Assembly (NCBI GenBank): GCA_038108555.1
Contig: JAYNIA010000028.1
Span: forward strand, 1 to 12,204
Direction of reading: 5' to 3'
DNA: 12,204 nucleotides
DNA from: Nitrospinota bacterium
GTDB taxonomy: Bacteria; Nitrospinota; Nitrospinia; Nitrospinales; VA-1
Below, one piece after another: positions 7,127-12,204 of this stretch; the first letter of the stretch is position 1, and each line of letters begins with the position of its first letter. The notes beneath the pieces were generated by a model, which worked only from the letters and a program-made list of their open reading frames with translations, did no database searches and was not told the origin of the DNA. The position numbers and the translations under genes were made by a program.

Positions 7127-7768
7127 CTATACCTTGAACATTCCAAATACCCAAACCCCATAAAATAACAGAAAAGCGGCGGAAAAAATTATAGCCGGTC
7201 TTCGTTTCAATTCTGCTGTTGGAGTGACGGCCTTAAACAGGAACAAGATTGCACAGATGACCCAGCCAAAAAATCCGATTTCAGTAAGAAGCGATCCATG
7301 GGTGGAGGGAGGTCGTTCGGACTTAAGGTCTTTTTTGAATTTGTTTTTTCGTTTTTCATAAGAATTTTCATTTTCCGAACCCTGTTTGGCAGCCATCCAA
7401 TGTGCAATTTTATCATTACAGAGGTCAATCCATGTTTTTCCCGGAAGCCAAAAGCTTCGGGTTGAATAAAAAGCTCCGCGAAGCAGGCGGCAACTTTTTA
7501 TAGCATCCTCTTTAAGATTAGCGGATTCATAAAAAAGGATGATGCTCCAAAATTTTTCGGCAGCAAGGGTAGCGGTGTCTGTACCGGGAACATACCATTT
7601 AATGGCTCTTTCGTAATGGACTATTGCCTGAGTGTGGTTCTTTTTATTAAAAAATTCATCTGCAATGGTTAGTTCCTCTTTGCCTTTAAAATAAATTTTT
7701 AAGATCGTCAGGGAAATTAACAAAATGAAACCGATAAGAATATTTAGGGCAAGAAGTTTTGTTTTCAT
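7127..7768 (-). CDS. Hypothetical membrane protein with a TPR-like helical segment
   Basis: 213 aa: N-terminal TM, TPR-like ADEFFNKKNHTQAIVHYERAIKWY, two C-terminal TMs. ATGA overlap with the oxidoreductase stop. Confidence 0.85.
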   Translation of the reverse strand: MKTKLLALNILIGFILLISLTILKIYFKGKEELTIADEFFNKKNHTQAIVHYERAIKWYVPGTDTATLAAEKFWSIILFYESANLKEDAIKSCRLLRGAFYSTRSFWLPGKTWIDLCNDKIAHWMAAKQGSENENSYEKRKNKFKKDLKSERPPSTHGSLLTEIGFFGWVICAILFLFKAVTPTAELKRRPAIIFSAAFLLFYGVWVFGMFKV

Positions 7769-8802
7769 TGGATTTTGAGGCGCTTTCCCTTTTGTTGTGA
7801 AGATTTGTAAACGGAATAAATAATTTCCAATGCTTTTAAACCGTCCTTGCCTGTTGATTTTCCAGGTTTGCCGGTGCGAATGCTTTTTAACATATCCCTT
7901 GCGCCCACAACGAAAGGCGATTCATTCTTTTTAGGTTCAGGGAAGGGGACTTTTTCCAGCTCTTGAAACCCTTTAAAGCGTTTGCTTTTTTTAGTTAGGT
8001 ATAACTCTCTGCCGGAATTTCCAATCAATAGACGGCCTTCCGAACCTTGAATGTCGAGTTCGAAATTAAAATATTTTCTTGCGCCTCCGCCTTCAATAAA
8101 AGCCATTGCTCCATTTTTAAACCTCATCATGGCACATGCCATTTCTTCAATGTATCTTTTCCCTTTCGGCCTTGTTTCATAGCCTGAAACCCATTCAATG
8201 GGACCGCCAAAATACAGAAGCAGGTCAATCAAATGTGTTCCATCATGAAATAGGGGGCCTCCACCAAAATCTGATACGGGTAACTCTCCCGGTTTCCAAC
8301 TCAAGGCATTTCCAACAATGGTTTTGATTTCTCCAATTTTCCCTGCCTGGATAATTTTATGCGCCAATACATAATAAGCGTCCCACCTTCGTTCATGATT
8401 GATGGAAAGTGGAATGTTTTTACTCTCGCAGGTGCGAACTAATTTGCGTGCAAGTTTTAAGTCTACATCAATGGGCTTTTCGCAGAAGATCCCTTTGATA
8501 CCTGCACGCACTCCATCCAGAGCAATGTTGGCATGTTGATTGGTCCATGTGGCAATACATAAAATATCCAACCGATTTTCTGAAAGCATTTCGTGATAAT
8601 CGGTGTAAAGGTTTTTGACCTTCCATTGTTTGCCAAAACTTTTTAATCGGGATTCGTTAATATCGCATCCTGCAACCAGTTTGACGTTTGAAAGTTTTGA
8701 AAAACCTCCGGCATGTGTGCAGGGTTTGCCTCGAAGTGGATCGTTCTCCAACAGGCTTCCAATTCGGCCACAGCCAATGATTCCGGTTTTGAAAATTTTC
8801 AT
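7765..8802 (-). CDS. Gfo/Idh/MocA family NAD(P)-dependent oxidoreductase
   Basis: Rossmann GIIGCGRIG, CEKP motif, NHERRWD and catalytic DGTH(LID). Confidence 0.95.
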   Translation of the reverse strand: MKIFKTGIIGCGRIGSLLENDPLRGKPCTHAGGFSKLSNVKLVAGCDINESRLKSFGKQWKVKNLYTDYHEMLSENRLDILCIATWTNQHANIALDGVRAGIKGIFCEKPIDVDLKLARKLVRTCESKNIPLSINHERRWDAYYVLAHKIIQAGKIGEIKTIVGNALSWKPGELPVSDFGGGPLFHDGTHLIDLLLYFGGPIEWVSGYETRPKGKRYIEEMACAMMRFKNGAMAFIEGGGARKYFNFELDIQGSEGRLLIGNSGRELYLTKKSKRFKGFQELEKVPFPEPKKNESPFVVGARDMLKSIRTGKPGKSTGKDGLKALEIIYSVYKSSQQKGKRLKIQ

Positions 8803-8852
8803 TTGCGAAAGGTGAGGGTGAGTCCAGTAAAAGGGTTTCTACAGGCAGCGAT

Positions 8853-8861
8853 ATTATAGCA
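8853..8861 (-). promoter_or_regulatory. Putative extended -10 promoter of the oxidoreductase operon
   Basis: Minus strand TG-C-TATAAT about 50 nt upstream of the ATG and just downstream of the terminator. Confidence 0.55.
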
Positions 8862-8899
8862 TTTTCATTTTAAAGGGATGGATTGAAAAGAAACTGAAG

Positions 8900-8936
8900 A
8901 ATAAAAAAGCACCTCTATTTGGATAGAGGTGCTTTT
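8900..8936 (-). terminator. Intrinsic terminator of the flagellin-flaG operon (potentially bidirectional)
   Basis: Perfect 14-bp inverted repeat AAAAGCACCTCTAT-ttgg-ATAGAGGTGCTTTT with a T6 tract on the minus strand. A second hairpin (8941-8964) precedes it. Confidence 0.9.
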
Positions 8937-8982
8937 GTAATCCGGGATCAGAAGCGATCCCGGAATTAGTACTTTCAAGGGA

Positions 8983-9411
8983 TTATTCTGAGCGGTTTTG
9001 TTCCTGTAGATCGGAGTGATCGCCTTCAACTTCAACATCACTTTCCCGGCTAAAAGCAATTTCGTTGTACTCCGTGATCCCTTCATTCAAGCGTAACTGT
9101 TGCTCACCCGGAATCTGACGAACTTCTTTCCCGGTTTTGTTATCCACCACTTCAATGATCACCTTTTGGGTTTCAGGATCTATTCGAACCCGTGTCTTAT
9201 GGTCCGGATCATTAAATTGCTGATTCTCAGTGGAAACATCATTGTCATCGGAGATAATTTTTACAGTGGAAAGTTCAGTGTAATCTCCATCGACATTTCC
9301 AAAAGGACTCACCTGTGGAGGATCGGCAGACCCCTGGGGTTTTGATGGTGTTGAATTGAATTGAGGCGAAAAACTAACTGAAAACGCCTGCGGAAAAATT
9401 GTTAATGACAT
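8983..9411 (-). CDS. flaG: FlaG family flagellar protein (divergent copy)
   Basis: FlaG core RIDPETQKVIIEVVDNKTGKEVRQIPGE, AGGAG SD, located downstream of a flagellin. Confidence 0.85.
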   Translation of the reverse strand: MSLTIFPQAFSVSFSPQFNSTPSKPQGSADPPQVSPFGNVDGDYTELSTVKIISDDNDVSTENQQFNDPDHKTRVRIDPETQKVIIEVVDNKTGKEVRQIPGEQQLRLNEGITEYNEIAFSRESDVEVEGDHSDLQEQNRSE

Positions 9412-9476
9412 TTTTTTCTCCTAATTTGTTTAAAAATCCTATTCCGGTAAACCGGAGAATTTTAGTTGATTAATTT

Positions 9477-10343
9477 TTAAACCCCTTCCAGCAATGTTAA
9501 TGCTGCTTGTGGGTTAATGTTAGCCTGTCCCACCATAGCCACTCCGGCTTGTACCAGGAGTTGGTTTTTGGTCAGTTCGGTTAATTCTTCTGCCAGATCA
9601 GCATCGCGAATGGTTGAAACCGCAGCGGTCAAATTTTCTTCCTGCACTTTCAAATTATCGAATGCATGCAACATTCGGATCTGTGCTGTTCCCACTCGAC
9701 CCCGTACCTGGATCAATGAATCAATGGCAACCGTCAGATCATTCAATGCCTGGAAAGAAGCTCCCTGAGTCCTGATATTGGATCCAGTCAATCCCAAAGA
9801 TGCGGTGCTCACATTGGTAAGATCCAAAATTTCATTCAGATCGATTTGATTCTCTGAACGAGAATCGACTCCCAATTGCAGAACATTGTGGTCTGCTTGT
9901 GGTTGACTTGCAGCCAAAGTTCCATCTAAAAGGAACGTACCGTTGAACTCAGTGGTACCTACAATCCTATCCAGTTCCTGAATTGAGGCCTGGTATTCCA
10001 GATCGGTAGAAATTCTTTCGATATCACCAATGGTTCCGTTGGCAGATTGGGATGCGAGAGACCTAAGGCGCAGTAAGATGCCAGAAATTTCATTCAGGGC
10101 ACCTTCGGCTGTTTTAATAAAGGCTGTTCCATCGATAAGATTTCTAGAGCCTTGTTGAAGAGCGAGAACATCTGCTCGGATGTTTTCTGTGAGGCTCAGT
10201 TCCGCACCACCATCAGAGGCACCTTCGATCCGGATACCTGAAGATATGCGGTTTATGGAACTTCCAAGTTGTGATCGACTTTCTTCAAGATGCCTTTGGG
10301 CATTCAATGAAGATAAGTTTGTATTTAATACTAATGCAACCAT
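9477..10343 (-). CDS. fliC: Flagellin (divergent, minimal D0/D1-type paralog)
   Basis: N-terminal LNTNLSSLNAQR..RISSGIRI and AEGALNEISGILLRLRSLASQSANGT; C-terminal ENLTAAVSTIRDADLAEE..QANINPQAALTLL. GGAGG SD. Confidence 0.95.
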   Translation of the reverse strand: MVALVLNTNLSSLNAQRHLEESRSQLGSSINRISSGIRIEGASDGGAELSLTENIRADVLALQQGSRNLIDGTAFIKTAEGALNEISGILLRLRSLASQSANGTIGDIERISTDLEYQASIQELDRIVGTTEFNGTFLLDGTLAASQPQADHNVLQLGVDSRSENQIDLNEILDLTNVSTASLGLTGSNIRTQGASFQALNDLTVAIDSLIQVRGRVGTAQIRMLHAFDNLKVQEENLTAAVSTIRDADLAEELTELTKNQLLVQAGVAMVGQANINPQAALTLLEGV

Positions 10344-10346
10344 TAT

Positions 10347-10404
10347 CTTTTCCTCCCTGAAAAGGTCTGGCGTTTTATAATTTTAGTTTTTAGCGTCCTT
10401 GCTA
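10347..10404 (-). promoter_or_regulatory. Paired CsrA-type GGA-loop hairpins in the flagellin leader
   Basis: TAGC-AAGGAC-GCTA (10404-10391) and CTTTTC-AGGGAG-GAAAAG (10364-10347, containing the SD). Confidence 0.7.
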
Positions 10405-10444
10405 TTAAACTCGGCTTTTATTTTTATCCGAGATCAATTTCCTA

Positions 10445-11302
10445 TTACTGGAGAAGCTGTAAAACCGATTGCGGAATCAGGTTGGCCTGACCCACCATGG
10501 CTGTTGATGCCTGAACCAGAATCTGGTTTCGCGTCAACAACGCTACTTCTTCGGCAATATCTGCATCTCGGATGGCCGATTCTGCAGCTTGCAGGTTCTC
10601 AATAGTAATAGAAAGATTCGAAATGGTCCTGACCAACCGGTTTTGTACTGCACCGACTTTACCTCGCCCCTGTGTGACAACAGTAATTGATGTGTTCATC
10701 TGATCCAGTGCAGTCAAAGCTGCTCCCGCTGTCGTTAAGCTTAAATTGCTGATAGACAGACTGGATGATGTGACTGCATCCAGGTTAACCTGCTCGTTCA
10801 AGTTAATACTGCTTTCTGAGTTGCTGTTGATGCCTACTTGAATGAGAATTTGGTTTTCTGAAGTTACAGACGAAGATAAAGAACCGTCTACCAACCGCTG
10901 TCCGTTAAACTCAGTGGTGTTGGCAATACGGTCAATTTCAAGTCGTAGTGCGTCAAATTCCAGTTGGATGGTTTGGCGTTCGGTGGAGCCGACAGTACCG
11001 GTCGCCGCTTGTGAGGCCAGTTCTCGGAGTCGAATGAGAATTCCGGATTGTTCGTTGAGGGCACCCTCTGTCACGTTAATGAGAGAGATACCATCGTTTG
11101 CGTTTCTTACTGCCTGACGAAGTGCTCGGATATCAGACCTTAATGCCTCGGAGATGGCCAGGCCTGCTGCATCGTCTGCGCCTCGGTTGATTCGGATTCC
11201 GGAGGAAATCCTTTCTACCGATTGTGCCAGGCGGTCATTGTTAATGCCGAGAATTCTCTGGGCATTTAATGACGGAATGTTGTTAAAAATTCTAATGGGC
11301 AT
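10445..11302 (-). CDS. fliC: Flagellin (minimal D0/D1-type)
   Basis: ERISSGIRINRGADDAAGLAISE, RLRELASQ and GAVQNRL..ENLQAAESAIRDADIAEE..QANLIPQSVLQLL. AAGGAGG SD. Confidence 0.98.
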   Translation of the reverse strand: MPIRIFNNIPSLNAQRILGINNDRLAQSVERISSGIRINRGADDAAGLAISEALRSDIRALRQAVRNANDGISLINVTEGALNEQSGILIRLRELASQAATGTVGSTERQTIQLEFDALRLEIDRIANTTEFNGQRLVDGSLSSSVTSENQILIQVGINSNSESSINLNEQVNLDAVTSSSLSISNLSLTTAGAALTALDQMNTSITVVTQGRGKVGAVQNRLVRTISNLSITIENLQAAESAIRDADIAEEVALLTRNQILVQASTAMVGQANLIPQSVLQLLQ

Positions 11303-11306
11303 GTTT

Positions 11307-11365
11307 ATTATCCTCCTTGATAATTAGGAACTTGGAATTCCTGAGTTTCAGCATCCTTGCTGAAA
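11307..11365 (-). promoter_or_regulatory. Paired CsrA-type GGA-loop hairpins in the flagellin leader
   Basis: TTTCAGC-AAGGAT-GCTGAAA (11365-11346) and ATTATC-AAGGAG-GATAAT (11324-11307, containing the SD). Confidence 0.8.
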
Positions 11366-11478
11366 TTTAAATTAGTGAAACCTTTGTTGCCTTTCCTGAA
11401 CTGTTTGAAATTAAGTTTAACTTGGAAAATCAATGCCAGTTCGATCTATCCCCTCCAGGAAAATCAAACTTAGGTTTT

Positions 11479-11506
11479 GTATCGGGAATTAAAAAAAAAT
11501 GCTTTA
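11479..11506 (-). promoter_or_regulatory. Sigma28 (FliA/SigD)-like promoter
   Basis: Minus strand TAAA-N16-CCCGATAC versus consensus TAAA-N15/16-GCCGATAA. Lies upstream of a flagellin and downstream of a terminator. Confidence 0.6.
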
Positions 11507-11607
11507 TAGTTTTTTTTATCGGAAGAGGAGCGATTTTAAAAAAAAGAAGGGAAGAAAGCTTCTAAACCATTATTTTTTAAGCCTTAGGGTAGGGTTGGCG
11601 GTGAGGC

Positions 11608-11645
11608 AAAAAAAAATGCGCCCCCCAAAAATGCAGGGACGCATT
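11608..11645 (-). terminator. Intrinsic terminator after flaG
   Basis: Minus strand AATGCGTCCCT...GGGGGCGCATT stem followed by a T9 tract. Confidence 0.8.
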
Positions 11646-11701
11646 ACCGATCCAGAGGGGTCGGTCGGAGAAGCCAGTAAATTTAATGTCGAACCTTTAG
11701 T

Positions 11702-12046
11702 TCAAACAGATTGATCCAGAAATTTTTGGTTAAACTCCGCGATACGACTGGTCAATCGCAAGAACTCTTCGCCGGGTATTTGTCGAATCACTTCACCTGA
11801 TTCACTATCTACAATCCGGATCACGACTTCATTGGTTTCTTGATTGACCTGATAGTCAATTTTATTGTTATCCAGAGAGTTGATATCCACCTGAGTTTCA
11901 GAACTTGGAGAAACAGGGGATTCCCTGGTTTCTGACAGATCGCTTTTGACCTCGCCGTAATTTGTCTCCCTTTCAGGTCTGGAGGTTAAGCCCGGTTGCC
12001 CGGGACTTTTTAACCTGCCTGTCAAGGAGGAAATATCGAATTCCAT
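11702..12046 (-). CDS. flaG: FlaG family flagellar protein
   Basis: IDYQVNQETNEVVIRIVDSESGEVIRQIPGEEFLRL and C-terminal FLDQSV. AGGAGG SD; directly downstream of a flagellin. Confidence 0.93.
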   Translation of the reverse strand: MEFDISSLTGRLKSPGQPGLTSRPERETNYGEVKSDLSETRESPVSPSSETQVDINSLDNNKIDYQVNQETNEVVIRIVDSESGEVIRQIPGEEFLRLTSRIAEFNQKFLDQSV

Positions 12047-12117
12047 ATTTATAACCTCCTATTTTTTGAGTCAGTTGAAAAATAATATCGCAACATTTTT
12101 TATACTCCCGGCTAAAA

Positions 12118-12204
12118 TTAACCGAGGAGCTGTAAAACCGACTGCGGGATTAAGTTTGCCTGTCCCACCATCGCGGTTGAAGCCTGTACCAGAATCTGGT
12201 TTCG
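12118..12204 (-). CDS. fliC: Flagellin, 3' end only (truncated by the window edge; absent from the ORF track)
   Basis: Manual translation RNQILVQASTAMVGQANLIPQSVLQLLG* is identical to the C-terminus of 10445-11302 except for the last residue. Confidence 0.95.
   Translation of the reverse strand, partial: RNQILVQASTAMVGQANLIPQSVLQLLG

Noticed and set aside
11423..11438. Sigma54 promoter TGGCATTGATTTTCCA upstream of the flagellin
   Set aside because: The invariant -12 GC is CC, and a sigma28-like promoter is available upstream.
16..11714. All plus-strand ORFs and short alternative-frame minus ORFs in the track (e.g. 449-1024, 3860-4291, 4036-4503, 6972-7154, 8865-9086)
   Set aside because: They shadow well-supported genes or cross terminators, and none shows recognisable motifs.
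1..12204. CRISPR array, IS/prophage, tRNA or rRNA
   Set aside because: No regularly spaced direct repeats, transposase/integrase ORFs or cloverleaf/rRNA signatures seen.

Overview
Chromosomal bacterial window with every credible gene on the minus strand and no mobile element, CRISPR array, rRNA or tRNA. The gene content and style suggest a Nitrospinota or deltaproteobacteria-like organism (impression only). In transcription order (right to left) it holds: the 3' end of a flagellin, flaG and a terminator; a sigma28-like promoter, two minimal flagellins with CsrA-type GGA hairpin leaders, a second flaG-like gene and a terminator; a Gfo/Idh/MocA oxidoreductase coupled to a TPR-like membrane protein; a GldA/GldF/GldG-type ABC system with a four-repeat DUF4340-like protein; a ~780-bp intergenic region; and dut (dUTPase) coupled to a YmdB/MacroD-type macrodomain gene. 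The most notable element is the 1019-1795 interval. A near-consensus sigma70 promoter overlapped by tandem NrdR-like boxes (a second box pair and a DnaA-like box lie upstream) drives a ~500-nt, extensively base-paired RNA ending in a terminator/antiterminator switch just upstream of dut. I could not match it by eye to any known RNA family, so it is a candidate undescribed deoxynucleotide-linked riboregulator or large ncRNA.
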